A stretch of DNA of 64,000 nucleotides, taken from an uncultured archaeon. Its GTDB lineage: Archaea; Asgardarchaeota; Lokiarchaeia; Sigyniarchaeales; SOKP01. The position numbers and the translations under genes were made by a program. The notes under the pieces were generated by a model that was given only the letters and a program-made list of their open reading frames with translations, ran no database searches and was not told the DNA's origin. The stretch spans positions 1 through 64,000 of the forward strand of contig CAZWEM010000011.1 of NCBI GenBank assembly GCA_964632315.1. The letters are read 5' to 3'. Below, piece after piece: positions 10,128 through 21,102 of the stretch (position 1 is the first letter of the stretch; every line of letters begins with the position of its first letter).

Positions 10128-11243
10128 TTAAATCGTCCAATTTCCATTCTCATATACAACAGTTCCATCAATCTTAATCATTGAACCAGGCGATCGCATA
10201 TCCTTTAGGATATCCCAATGGATAGCACATTGATTCTTACCCCCTACTTCTTCAAGTCCTAATCCCAAAGCCATGTGCATAGTACCTCCCATTTTCTCAT
10301 CAAAAAGCATATTCTTTGTAAATTCTGTCACTCCATTATTCGTACCGACTGCAAATTCGCCCACCATATTAGCACCTTCAACTTTTAACAATTCTTTTAA
10401 TAATTCATAACCCTTAGATGCTGTTGATTTCACTACTTTTCCTTCCTTGAATTCAAGATATATGTTCTCTATTTCTTGTCCTTGATAGATTCCTGGATAA
10501 GTAAACCGTATGTTCCCACTAACCGATTCTTCAATAGGAGCAGTCGCAATTTCTCCATCGGGTAAATTATTTTTACCCGAACAGTTCTCCCATATTCGAT
10601 GCTTAAGTGAGAATTTAAGTTCTGTATCTTCACCATATACCTCAACTTCTCTGTTTTTAAATTCATTTAGCTTGGATACTGTTTTTTCTTGATCTTCATC
10701 GATTTTTTGCCATTCCTTTACTGGATCTTCTTTATCTAAATACAAAGTTTTCTTTACAAATTCACTGTAAGAAAAAAGATCCATATTAGCTTCTTGAGCA
10801 AACGAATTGCAAGGAAAAGGAATGACAACCCAAGGTAATTCCCCAGAAGCACCCCTCTTCATATATATCGTATTCAATTCCCGATTTTTTGGAGAACCTT
10901 CTCTAATGGCTTTAAGTTTAGGATCTACTTTTGTTAACTTTCGTCTATTGTAATCTCCAAAAATGCTAATTAATCCGTTGAATTCTCTGTAAATGGTAAA
11001 AAGAATGTCGTCTACATATTCTAATTGATTTTTAGAACCATACTTATACATTAGTTCTTCAGTTCCTTCAATATGCGCAAAATAAAAGGGGTGTCCTCCA
11101 GCTTTTACAACTTCTGCATAACAAGCTTGAAACAATTCTTTTGCCATAGCAGGACCAAATATTAATATCCTATCTCCTTTCTTCACTTCAATGGAATAAT
11201 TAACAGCCAGTTTTGCTAATTTTTCATAAAAATCACTGATCAT
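10128..11243 (-). CDS. Aminopeptidase T (peptidase M29), tandem paralog
   Basis: NLPDGEIATAP, LFDEKMGGTMHMALG, AIHWD. Confidence 0.92.
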   Translation of the reverse strand: MISDFYEKLAKLAVNYSIEVKKGDRILIFGPAMAKELFQACYAEVVKAGGHPFYFAHIEGTEELMYKYGSKNQLEYVDDILFTIYREFNGLISIFGDYNRRKLTKVDPKLKAIREGSPKNRELNTIYMKRGASGELPWVVIPFPCNSFAQEANMDLFSYSEFVKKTLYLDKEDPVKEWQKIDEDQEKTVSKLNEFKNREVEVYGEDTELKFSLKHRIWENCSGKNNLPDGEIATAPIEESVSGNIRFTYPGIYQGQEIENIYLEFKEGKVVKSTASKGYELLKELLKVEGANMVGEFAVGTNNGVTEFTKNMLFDEKMGGTMHMALGLGLEEVGGKNQCAIHWDILKDMRSPGSMIKIDGTVVYENGNWTI

Positions 11244-11282
11244 AATCTAAAGCATGTCCCGAGAAATAAAAATTATTTCTCT

Positions 11283-12290
11283 TTATATGACTAAATAGAT
11301 TTTGTACTTATCCATCAAATACCCAATAGTTAAGATGATGATAACATTACTTATCGCGATTGTGAGTGCTATTAACCATTCTAGATTTAAAGGAATCACT
11401 TCAAAGATTAAAGATATCAGTAGTAAATGAAAGATATACAATACGAACGCATTCTTACCACTCGCACTTAAGATTCTCTCTTTTTTAAGCGTATAAAACT
11501 TTTTTGAAGCGATATCAAAAATAAGATGGATAAAATAATAAATTATCGAAGATGCTCCAACAGAGATTAACACGTAAGGTAAAGACATGTATTCTCTACT
11601 AATTCCAAAAAAAAAGCCTAAATAGATCCCTAAAAAAAGGAAAATTAATCCTCCGAGAAGCAATTTTTTCCATTTTTTTGCCTCCCAGATAGCTTCTGCT
11701 ATAACGCTGGAAAAAATCATCATTGATGCCCATGATAAGCTTCCCAATAAACCACCTTCAATTCCTTCATATATAACTAAAGAAAGAGAGGTTGCTAGCA
11801 TCCACTGATGAAATGTTACTAATAACGCTCCGATAATTAATCGATACACTGACTTTAATTCGGCAATAGATAGATGGATTAATCCAGCAGTTCCTAAAAC
11901 TTGAAGTGTACCCCAATGGAGTTGAAAAGTGTTGGCATCTACTTCCAAGAATAAAGCCAAACCAATAGCGATAAATATGAGATATCGCCTTAGAAACCTA
12001 AGATATGCTTTCTTCCTCCCATAATTCTCTATTCGTTTCTTAAATGAAATCGTGAAGTTTAAAGCCATCATGAAAATGAAAAATGGAGCGATTAAGTCAA
12101 CATAAGTTATCCCGTAATCTCCTGCATGCCGTGTCCATGCAGGAACATTTTCAAAGAAAGCTAAATTGTTCACGAATGTCATCAAGGTGATAGATAATCC
12201 TTTGAATACATCAATACTTAAAACCCTTGGAGAAAGATCTACAGTTTCGGTTTTAATTTCATTCATTGCATCTATCGAATTAATTTTCAT
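11283..12290 (-). CDS. Membrane acyltransferase, heparan-alpha-glucosaminide N-acetyltransferase-like
   Basis: RVLSIDVFKGL..LMTFVN, HA...TYVDLIAPFFIF, WGTLQ; multi-TM. Confidence 0.75.
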   Translation of the reverse strand: MKINSIDAMNEIKTETVDLSPRVLSIDVFKGLSITLMTFVNNLAFFENVPAWTRHAGDYGITYVDLIAPFFIFMMALNFTISFKKRIENYGRKKAYLRFLRRYLIFIAIGLALFLEVDANTFQLHWGTLQVLGTAGLIHLSIAELKSVYRLIIGALLVTFHQWMLATSLSLVIYEGIEGGLLGSLSWASMMIFSSVIAEAIWEAKKWKKLLLGGLIFLFLGIYLGFFFGISREYMSLPYVLISVGASSIIYYFIHLIFDIASKKFYTLKKERILSASGKNAFVLYIFHLLLISLIFEVIPLNLEWLIALTIAISNVIIILTIGYLMDKYKIYLVI

Positions 12291-12373
12291 TTCCTATAAT
12301 AATAACTCAAATCATTTCAATAAAAAATAAAAGATTTATTAATTTGAGTATCAAAATCTATTTGTAAAAAATA

Positions 12374-14590
12374 ATGGAATGGAGAGAAATCATGACAAAT
12401 TCAAATGAATTAAGTCAAAAATTTGTTCCCAAAGCTCTCGCTCTTGATACTGGGGGTACAATGACTGATAGCTTCATTATCGATGAGAAAGGATCATTTA
12501 CAGTTGGAAAAGCCCAGACTACACCTGAAAATGAGTCAATTGGCATTTTTAATTCCATCATAGATGGTTTAAATTACAAAAACACCACTTTAGAGCATTC
12601 AGGATCAGAGATAGATGCTTTAGTATATTCAGGAACAGCAATGCTCAATCGTCTGTTAGAAAGAGAAGGAAATAGCAATATCGGAGTAATTGTCAATGCA
12701 GGTTTTGAAGACTTACATCGATTAGGGAGGGCTCTACAATGTTGGATGTGGCTTGATTATGGGGGTAGATTACATGCTAGGGAACATGAACACCCCAAGA
12801 CATTAGTACCCCGCAAAAATTTTAAAGGAGTAAGGGGACGTATCAATTTTTGGGGAGAAGAACTCATTCCTCTGTATGAAAAAGATGTAGAAGAAGTGGT
12901 AGAAGAACTCCTTAATATGGAGGTTAATAGTATCTGTGTATGCTTGCTTTGCTCTTACATGAATGCAAGCCATGAATTGGAAGTTGAACGAATAGCAAAG
13001 CAAGTCATGGAAAAGAGAGGAAGAGAAATACCGATTATACTCTCTTCTGAACACAATCCAATTAGAGGAGAAACTCCAAGACTTAATGCACTTCTTATCG
13101 AACAATATGCGGCTGAACCATCACGAAAACAACTGATAAAAATCGCAGAAAAATTTCACAATGAAGGGATTCCTGCTCCTCTTAGAATTTTAACGACATA
13201 TGGAGGAACAATGTCTCCATATTCCAAATCCTTGATACCTACCATGGTATCTGGTCCTATTGGAGGGATGATTGGTTCAAAATTTATTGCTGAAAAGTAT
13301 GGTATAAAAAATTTAGTATCATCAGACGTAGGGGGAACCTCATTTGATGTAGGATTAACAATGGAAAAATACGTTCCGACGAAGTGGGAGAGCTCACTTG
13401 GCGGATTTATACTAAATATTCCCATGATAGCTTTGGATTCAATTGGAGCAGGGACAGGGATGTACGTAAGATATAATGATATTTCTGGAAGGCTTGAATT
13501 TGGTCCCGAAAGCGCGGGATATCGAATTGGGGTATGTAATGAACAATCTGGTGTAGATAAAGTAACCATGACAGATTGTAGTTTAGTTCTTGGCTATCTT
13601 AATCCAGACTACTTTTTAGGTGGAAGAATTAAATTAAATAAAGATCGAGCTCTTAAATATATAGAAGAGCAAATTGCTACTCCTTTTAAGGCTGATCCTT
13701 TTGTAACAGCAAGAGGAGCTTTGGATTTAATCGAAATCAACATGAAGAATCATCTAAACGGGATGATTCAAGGTTTAGGATTTCGACCAGAAAATTATAC
13801 ATTAATAAGTTTCGGTGGAGGAGGCCCACTTCACGTGGCAGGATATTCAAGAGGATTATCATTTCAAGATATCATGATACCAGAATGGGCTCCTGCATTT
13901 TCAGCTTATGGTTGTGCTTGCGCAGATCATTCGTATAGACATGAAATTTCGGTAGATTTAGTCATCGATGCTGATAAAGCAATGAGTGGATTTGTTGCGT
14001 CTATGCTAAGCTCCACTTGGAATGATTTAAAAACTAAAATTCAAAAAGAATTTGAAAAGGAAGGAAGAGATCCTAATGAGATGGAATTTAGACCTTCATT
14101 AAAACTTCAATATTTTGGAATGCTAAAAGATCTAGAGGTCGAATCACATACAGAGGTTTTAAATGCAGAGTATTCTGAAGAATTCGATAGATTTGCTTCA
14201 CCAGATTTGGAAATAATTTTAAAAAGATATGATGATCTTTTTGAAAAGATCTTTCGACGAGGAACGAAAAGTCCTGAATTGGGGTATCATGTGACTAAAG
14301 CTATAGGGACTGGTGTAGTGCCTGTACCAAAACCAAGATTACCTGAATACAAATTGACATCTGAACGTCCTGATGATAATTCTTCTAAAGGAACTAGGGA
14401 TACATTTTGGGATGGTAAATGGCATGAATCCTCAATTTGGGAAATGGAATTACTAAATAGTGGAAACATCCTGATAGGTCCTGCTATCATAGAAGCTCCC
14501 GCCACAACACTAGTTGTTCCCCCAGGATTCAAAGTAAAACTTGATAAACATAGAGTTTTTCACATGGAGGTAAATAAGTATGGAAAATAA
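12374..14590 (+). CDS. acxA: Acetone carboxylase beta subunit (hydantoinase A/oxoprolinase family)
   Basis: DTGGTMTD, VYSGTAMLNRL, SDVGGTSFDVG, DSIGAGTG, FGGGGPLH; operon context. Confidence 0.85.
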   Translation: MEWREIMTNSNELSQKFVPKALALDTGGTMTDSFIIDEKGSFTVGKAQTTPENESIGIFNSIIDGLNYKNTTLEHSGSEIDALVYSGTAMLNRLLEREGNSNIGVIVNAGFEDLHRLGRALQCWMWLDYGGRLHAREHEHPKTLVPRKNFKGVRGRINFWGEELIPLYEKDVEEVVEELLNMEVNSICVCLLCSYMNASHELEVERIAKQVMEKRGREIPIILSSEHNPIRGETPRLNALLIEQYAAEPSRKQLIKIAEKFHNEGIPAPLRILTTYGGTMSPYSKSLIPTMVSGPIGGMIGSKFIAEKYGIKNLVSSDVGGTSFDVGLTMEKYVPTKWESSLGGFILNIPMIALDSIGAGTGMYVRYNDISGRLEFGPESAGYRIGVCNEQSGVDKVTMTDCSLVLGYLNPDYFLGGRIKLNKDRALKYIEEQIATPFKADPFVTARGALDLIEINMKNHLNGMIQGLGFRPENYTLISFGGGGPLHVAGYSRGLSFQDIMIPEWAPAFSAYGCACADHSYRHEISVDLVIDADKAMSGFVASMLSSTWNDLKTKIQKEFEKEGRDPNEMEFRPSLKLQYFGMLKDLEVESHTEVLNAEYSEEFDRFASPDLEIILKRYDDLFEKIFRRGTKSPELGYHVTKAIGTGVVPVPKPRLPEYKLTSERPDDNSSKGTRDTFWDGKWHESSIWEMELLNSGNILIGPAIIEAPATTLVVPPGFKVKLDKHRVFHMEVNKYGK

Positions 14591-16796
14591 AAAAATAGGC
14601 TGGAATGGAAAAACCCTTAAACAGATGTTAATAGAAAGTGAAAAATTACTCGAAGAAAAGAAGAGCTATTATGGAATTAAAGATTTAAGCCTAAAAGAGG
14701 AAAATCCATTTAGATATGAAAGAGCATATGCGAGTTTGAGAGGAGCTTTAGTATCTGCGAGGGAAACAGCTTTACATGTTGCTGCATCTCCCATAGTAAC
14801 AGAAATTGGGGAACTATGTTTTGGATTGTACACCCCCGAAGGAGACTCCATTGCTGTCTCAACTGGTATACTAGTCCACATTCATACAATGAGCGAAGGC
14901 ATCAAATTCATGATTAGGGAGGGATATGAAGTAGATCCTTCCATAAACCAAGGAGATATTTTCTTAAATAACGATCCGCAATGTGGAAATGTGCACACTA
15001 CGGATGTGCAAACGTTAATTCCAATCTTCTGGGAAGAAGAGCTTATAGGTTGGGCTGGTGGAGTAACCCACCAAATCGATATCGGTGGTATTACTCCTGG
15101 ACATACCTTAGTATCATCAATACAGCGTTTTGATGATGGGGTATATTATACTTGTCGAAAAATCGGATCAAGTGATAAAATTTGGCGGGATCACATGATT
15201 AGTGCACGAAAATCAGTTAGAAGTCCCATGTATTGGGAACTTGATGAAAAATGTAGGTTAGCTGGAAATCTGATGATCAGGGATTCTATTTACGAATTTA
15301 TTGAAAGAGAAGGGATTAATTACTATAAAAAGTTTATACGAGAGGCAATAGAAGAAGGAAGACAAATCTTACAAAAGAGAGTTAAAGAAAGATTGATTCC
15401 CGGGAGATATCGTGCGTCTTCATTCATGGATCTCCCCATGAAACACCAAGCTTGGGTTCCATTAGCAAAAGAAGATAGAATTTCAAACCATCCTATTGAA
15501 ATTGTGGTCAAAGAGGATGGTTCCTTCTTTTTATCTTTTGATGGAGCCAGTGCAGGAGGGGCTAATGCGTTTAATTGTGATAAAGGTGCAATGGAGGGAG
15601 GACAATGGGTTCTTTTAACGCAAATTCTAATTTATGGAGATAAAGTAAATGATGGTGCATATTACGCTGTTGAAAAAGAATATCCACTGGGGTCTTGGGC
15701 CAATCCAGGAGATCCTTATCTTTCTTATCAAGCGCCATGGGGAAATCTGATTCCGGCTTATACGACAATGATGAAATGCATTTCTTATGGATTATTTGCT
15801 CGAGGATTTAGAGAAGAAGTTGTCCCAGGGTACGGTTTTACCGGTGATTCCATTCAAGGTGGGGGTATTTATAATGCAGGACCGTTAACGGGAGAACGAT
15901 GGATGCTTTCCACCTTTGAGATTTCTGGGCAAGGTTTGGGAGCTAGTGCTGTTCGGGATGGGCTAAACTGGGGTTATGCCATGTGGAATCCTGAATCCGA
16001 TCTTGGTGACGTCGAAACTTGGGAACTTTTCCAAGGAGGGATCCCTTATCTGTCAAGAAAAGTAAAACCAAATATTGCAGGATATGGTAAATATCGAGGA
16101 GGAGGAAATTATGGTTCCGTAGCTTTCATTGCAAATTCAGAAAAGGTAGAATTTTTTGCTGGACGAGAAGGATTAGTCTTTCACGGTTCAGGAGGCATGC
16201 ATGGTGGGTATCCAAATTCCACAAGTTATAGATTGCAAGCTAAAAATACTAATTTAAAAGAAATTTTTCAAAATAAACTAGATTATCCAATAAGCGATGA
16301 TGATACTAGCAACGGAGATTTTGAACGATTATTAAAAGGAGATATTGAGAGAAAACCTATTGGTACAATATATCCAATCTCGCTTAATAATTATGACATA
16401 ATTCACTTTTCAGAAAGTGGTGGTCCTGGTTATGGAGACCCCCTTGAAAGAAAGTTAGAGGCTATCAAACAAGATCTTGAAGAGGGATTATATACTGCTG
16501 AAATTGTTGATAAAGTATTTGGTGTTAAAGCACATTTCGATGATACTGCAAAACAATGGGTCATTGATATTGAAGCAACAAATCAACGACGAGAAGCAAT
16601 AATGAATGAAAGAAAAGATAAATCTCTAAGTTTTGAAGACTTCTGGGAATATGAACGGAAAAAAATAACTGAAGGAAAGCTTAATGAAGCTGTTAAGAGA
16701 ATGTACATGGAAAGTCTTGCACTCTCTAAAAAATGGGGTAAAGAGTTTAAAGAATTTTGGAACTTTCCTGATGATTTTCAAATGGAGGTAGATTAA
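14580..16796 (+). CDS. acxB: Acetone carboxylase alpha subunit (hydantoinase B family)
   Basis: ASPIVTEIGELCFGLY, STGILVHIHTM, GNVHTTDV, AMWNPESDLGDVE, SGGPGYGDPLER. Confidence 0.88.
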   Translation: MENKKIGWNGKTLKQMLIESEKLLEEKKSYYGIKDLSLKEENPFRYERAYASLRGALVSARETALHVAASPIVTEIGELCFGLYTPEGDSIAVSTGILVHIHTMSEGIKFMIREGYEVDPSINQGDIFLNNDPQCGNVHTTDVQTLIPIFWEEELIGWAGGVTHQIDIGGITPGHTLVSSIQRFDDGVYYTCRKIGSSDKIWRDHMISARKSVRSPMYWELDEKCRLAGNLMIRDSIYEFIEREGINYYKKFIREAIEEGRQILQKRVKERLIPGRYRASSFMDLPMKHQAWVPLAKEDRISNHPIEIVVKEDGSFFLSFDGASAGGANAFNCDKGAMEGGQWVLLTQILIYGDKVNDGAYYAVEKEYPLGSWANPGDPYLSYQAPWGNLIPAYTTMMKCISYGLFARGFREEVVPGYGFTGDSIQGGGIYNAGPLTGERWMLSTFEISGQGLGASAVRDGLNWGYAMWNPESDLGDVETWELFQGGIPYLSRKVKPNIAGYGKYRGGGNYGSVAFIANSEKVEFFAGREGLVFHGSGGMHGGYPNSTSYRLQAKNTNLKEIFQNKLDYPISDDDTSNGDFERLLKGDIERKPIGTIYPISLNNYDIIHFSESGGPGYGDPLERKLEAIKQDLEEGLYTAEIVDKVFGVKAHFDDTAKQWVIDIEATNQRREAIMNERKDKSLSFEDFWEYERKKITEGKLNEAVKRMYMESLALSKKWGKEFKEFWNFPDDFQMEVD

Positions 16797-16799
16797 AAA

Positions 16800-17291
16800 A
16801 TGAATGAAGATAAAAAAACTTTAGAACGAATGTTAGAAGGGGATTTACCATGGGAACAACTCAAACCCATTATTAGTGATCAGAAAGATCCAAATCGATT
16901 TGACATTATAATGGAAATTTTACAAGAGAAAGTCAAATTCAAGGAACAAATTCTATTGCCCTTACATGAACACTTATACATTGTTTCTAAAAATGGTACA
17001 AGGATTGTTAAATGTGATTGCGGATTTGAATTTGGAGACTATAAAATCAATTGGAAGACTAAATGTAGAGTCAGAGTACGAGATACATTTGAACAGATAG
17101 AACAACTTTACCCTAAGGATATGGGAAGTGACCCTCAATGGGAAGAACTCCGGGAATATTTCTGTCCGGGATGTTTTACTTTATTAGATGTCGAAGTAGT
17201 GCCTCCCGGTTATCCTACCATTTTCAATTTCTTACCAGATATTGATACTTTTTACGAAAAATGGTTGGGAAGAAAAGCACCAGATAAATAA
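16800..17291 (+). CDS. acxC: Acetone carboxylase gamma subunit (Zn-binding)
   Basis: HLYIV...KCDCGFEFGDYKINWK, REYFCPGC...VEVVPPGYP..F.FLPDIDTFY..WLG. Confidence 0.9.
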   Translation: MNEDKKTLERMLEGDLPWEQLKPIISDQKDPNRFDIIMEILQEKVKFKEQILLPLHEHLYIVSKNGTRIVKCDCGFEFGDYKINWKTKCRVRVRDTFEQIEQLYPKDMGSDPQWEELREYFCPGCFTLLDVEVVPPGYPTIFNFLPDIDTFYEKWLGRKAPDK

Positions 17292-17464
17292 AAGAGTTTA
17301 TTCCATTTTTTTTAAAATATTATTAGAATATTTAAGGGATGATTTAGGTAAATCCAACAGGAGTTACTATTTTGTCAGATAGTAATGAATAAGATTAAAT
17401 AGATTATGGTTGAATTTTTAATATAAAGAATTTTTTTTAAGAATTCTTCGACTAAAATCTAGGA

Positions 17465-18244
17465 TTGACAAAAAATAATGTTGAAATCAGAAAAATTTTC
17501 TTGTTTTTTAATCATTTTGAGTTTTATGTCATGTGGTTTAATATTATATTCGCATCTTACGATCGGTTTAATAGGTCGGACTTAACCACTCCACTTTGGG
17601 AAGCTTTACCTTTATCAAATATTCTTGGGATAGATATTTCTGCTAATGACAAATACATGGTGATAGGAACTGAAAAAGCCGTATATGGTTATATTTATTT
17701 GATGGAACTTGTAAACCTTAATCCACTACAAGTATATCAAGCGGATCGTGCATTTAGTGACGTATCAATATCTGCAAAAGGGGATTATTATCTTGGAACA
17801 GTACCATTTGAATATACATGTCATTTATTTGAAAAGGGTAAAGAATCGCCCGTTTGGAATTTCACTGCTGGGAGTCAGATTGAAGAAGTAGAAATTTCAG
17901 ATAATGGTGATTTCATAGGGTGTGGGAGTTATGATAATAACTCTTATCTTTTTAACCGTCAGAATATTTATGCAAGTATAGATAAAGAGGAAATGTTTTC
18001 TTTAAAAAGATTTGAAGCAAATAATTGTGTCTATTCAGTGGAAATATCGGAATCAGGGGAATATTTTGCATTTACAAGCAGGGATAATAACATTTACATG
18101 TTCCATAACGATATCGAAACTGGAGTATCAAATCAACCCTCAATATCATTTGGATATTTCTTTTTAATATTTGCTTGCATAGGTATAGCAACAGTTTTAT
18201 TGTTAAAGAAAGATAAGATAATTTCAAAATCAAATAAGAAATAA
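17465..18244 (+). CDS. Partial WD40/beta-propeller-like protein with C-terminal TM anchor; N-terminus probably frameshifted (signal-like ORF 17478-17585)
   Basis: Repeats IDISANDKY / VSISAKGDY / VEISDNGDF / VEISESGEY; hydrophobic C-terminus. Confidence 0.65.
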   Translation: MTKNNVEIRKIFLFFNHFEFYVMWFNIIFASYDRFNRSDLTTPLWEALPLSNILGIDISANDKYMVIGTEKAVYGYIYLMELVNLNPLQVYQADRAFSDVSISAKGDYYLGTVPFEYTCHLFEKGKESPVWNFTAGSQIEEVEISDNGDFIGCGSYDNNSYLFNRQNIYASIDKEEMFSLKRFEANNCVYSVEISESGEYFAFTSRDNNIYMFHNDIETGVSNQPSISFGYFFLIFACIGIATVLLLKKDKIISKSNKK

Positions 18245-18334
18245 TTAGTAAAATTAACAAAATCCCCAAAGTAGGTTCAGGGGCTTTTTTTTCATTTTGT
18301 CTTGCTTTATAATTTTTTAATTCAAATTTAAAGG

Positions 18335-18643
18335 ATGATAACATTCCTTGAAATAATATCTAAATGGTATCACCCCATTTCAAGAATTAAATGGTTAGGA
18401 TGGGAATTAACCAAAAAAGAAGCTTATTATCTAATGCTTTTTAGCTTTATTAACCATTTTTACATCTTCATGTTGTTCTATAATGCATTAAAGGCGTTAC
18501 TTAGCTTTCACATAATGTATTCACAAATACTACTTTTAGGCTTCTCGAATCTAATAATAAGTTCACCCTTTTTATTTTTTTTGAGATATCGCTTTAAAAA
18601 ATTTAGATTAATAATAAAATATTACAGACACAACATCTTATAA
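18335..18643 (+). CDS. Hypothetical membrane protein
   Basis: 102-aa ORF with two hydrophobic stretches. Confidence 0.4.
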   Translation: MITFLEIISKWYHPISRIKWLGWELTKKEAYYLMLFSFINHFYIFMLFYNALKALLSFHIMYSQILLLGFSNLIISSPFLFFLRYRFKKFRLIIKYYRHNIL

Positions 18644-18717
18644 AAAAAGGCAAAATAATATTTAACTTATGGACTAAATATCGTATTTATATACTATATA
18701 AATCACCAAGCAAGATT

Positions 18718-18906
18718 CTAAATTTGAAAGGATTCATGGATTAGTTTAACGTTTATAGAAAACTCTTTACACATTGCATACAATACTTGTTGCTTAGAGA
18801 ATTCTCTGAGATCTTGTTGTTTTTTCGCAAGGAGATGTTCAATCTCCCTACGTGATAAACCAGTTTTTTTAACGATGTTAGTCATATAAAGTTCTTTTAA
18901 TTCCAT
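18718..18906 (-). CDS. Small hypothetical helical protein
   Basis: IVKKTGLSRREIE...LYAMCKEFSINV pattern seen in archaeal small helical domains. Confidence 0.55.
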   Translation of the reverse strand: MELKELYMTNIVKKTGLSRREIEHLLAKKQQDLREFSKQQVLYAMCKEFSINVKLIHESFQI

Positions 18907-19040
18907 TTTCCCATGAGATTTATAGTAATTTAATATTTATTTTGAAATAGTACCTAAATAGTACTCTAAATTGAACAGAATAAAAGATGAAAGATTTGAT
19001 TAAAAGCTGAAATATTTAATAGAAAGGAGAAAAAAAGAGC

Positions 19041-19307
19041 TTATTCTAAATAAGTTTCTTGAGCTTCTTGCTCATCGTATTGGATTTCCCTCAATTTCAT
19101 GCGAACAAGTCGAGGGGAATACACGTGTTTAAATAATTCAATCACATTATCATTTAGAGCATTTAAATTGTCCATGCTTAACTTGTGATAAATATTATTT
19201 TCCAAGAAGTTGATCTTGATAATTTCATTTATGCCTTTGATCGATTCCCTTATTTTTCCATAATATTCATCAAAGGCTTCTTCCATATTTTTAGTTTTAG
19301 TCTGCAT
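19041..19307 (-). CDS. Hypothetical protein
   Basis: 88-aa ORF with typical composition. Confidence 0.6.
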   Translation of the reverse strand: MQTKTKNMEEAFDEYYGKIRESIKGINEIIKINFLENNIYHKLSMDNLNALNDNVIELFKHVYSPRLVRMKLREIQYDEQEAQETYLE

Positions 19308-19994
19308 TTTTACATGAAATATTTTTATTTCTCTATGATTGTTATGGGAATTGTAATATTTAAATCATAACATTTATAGTCATAAATGTGACATTGATGC
19401 GACTGAAAACATTTATGTGGGAATGGAGAGGGAACAGAAAAATTTTGCAAAAATTTCAATATTTTCAAAAATCCATATAAAACAGTAGAATTTCGCATTT
19501 TTTGGTGATGACATTTTCAGTCAAAATATATCCTATTCACTATCTATTTTCATCAAAATATGTTTTTAATTCTTCAAAAATAATAAAAAAATAGAACGAA
19601 AAAGTGATAATTAGATAGTAAGTCCTAAAATGTTAAATAATAGACCCTCCGACTCCAAATATACCAAGATCAATTCAATCCTGGCAAAACAGCTGGGAAT
19701 CACCGATAAATTGGCCGATTATCAAACCAACACGACCCGCGAGAATTATTTAAAATCTTGGAATTCGTGGTAGAAAACACGGACAATAATGGGGGATCTT
19801 CCTCACGAGGAGCGAGACTGACCCCCAATGAACAGATTGCACCCGTATCACCCCAACCATCGCAAATAGATCTTCCCGGAATCAAATGGATCGATAAAGC
19901 CAATTTGAGTAGCCAAAATTTTTCAGCATATTATTATAGTATTTTTATTTAGATTTTTTTTATCGATAGTAGGGATTATCTCCCATAAAAAATT

Positions 19995-20879
19995 TTAAGA
20001 TTTCATAATTTTAAGAATCTCTTCAAGATGATTGAAGGCAACAGAAAGATGAGCTTCGTTAGGAAAGAAGAATGCCTTACATTTTGGTATAAGTTTACTC
20101 ATTTGGCGTCCCATCGAAACTGGAACATTTACATCTAATTCCCCTTGCCAAAGATAAACTTGAAGTTCTGGTGATATCTCTTCTAAACTAAAACCCCATG
20201 ATCTAGAATAAATTTTCTCATCTTGCATCACTCCATCTAAACCAGATCTAAATGCTTCTTTAGTATCCTCTAAAAAAATCTCCATTAAGTTAGGATCCTG
20301 CAAAAGAAGCTTATCAGGTCCAGGCAATTTCTCAGATAATTTTATTATCAGCTTTCTTGCCTTTTCTGGGTCATTCAATGCTTTTCTTTCATAATGATAC
20401 ATAATTTTTAAGATAAGTGGAGCCCAACGAGCAAGAAATACATTTAACCTATTTGATTTCATCATTCCTTCTTTAACCATGCTCATTGGACCAACACCTG
20501 CAACAACACCACAACATTGTATTTTTTCAGGAATTTTATAGGCACAAACAAGTGCATAAGGTCCACCACCCGAAATACCTTCAACGATGAATTTATCAAA
20601 TCCCAAGTGATCAGCTAGTTCAAGAATATCAGTCGGCCAATCTAAAAGTATTCTATTGGGTTTGAAATCGGATAACCCGATTCCAGGACGATCAACACAA
20701 ACGGCATGAAAACCCAATTTTTCTGGTATTTCCATAAAAAACTTACCTTCAAGTCGGGATCCAGGATGCCCGTGAAAATGAAAGAGCGGTATGCCATTTA
20801 AATCACCAAATTCAGCATATCCAAGAGATCTTCCATCTTTTAATTCAATAGTCTGATTTAAATTGTTGGATTCAACCAT
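19995..20879 (-). CDS. Alpha/beta hydrolase
   Basis: DGRSLGYAEFG, HGHPGSRLE, DRPGIG, GISGG nucleophile elbow, Asp (GELD) and His (EAH). Confidence 0.92.
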   Translation of the reverse strand: MVESNNLNQTIELKDGRSLGYAEFGDLNGIPLFHFHGHPGSRLEGKFFMEIPEKLGFHAVCVDRPGIGLSDFKPNRILLDWPTDILELADHLGFDKFIVEGISGGGPYALVCAYKIPEKIQCCGVVAGVGPMSMVKEGMMKSNRLNVFLARWAPLILKIMYHYERKALNDPEKARKLIIKLSEKLPGPDKLLLQDPNLMEIFLEDTKEAFRSGLDGVMQDEKIYSRSWGFSLEEISPELQVYLWQGELDVNVPVSMGRQMSKLIPKCKAFFFPNEAHLSVAFNHLEEILKIMKS

Positions 20880-21102
20880 ATTGAATAATTATCATATAAA
20901 TACTTTTAAATTTACGCCTTCTTCTCACTTATAATTTTCCCAGTTAATTGTGTAATAAGCTGATGAAGAATAATTTTATCAAAACAAAGAAAAGATTTGA
21001 TCTTGAGATTAATACTAGAAAATTTAATTATACTCAGATACATATTTATTTGTTAATATCCATTCATATTAATTTTATAATCAAGATGTAAGAGGGCAAG
21101 AA

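Noticed and set aside
17555-17590. BHB intron in the propeller gene
   Set aside because: Weak pairing, and a 15-nt excision would not repair the frame
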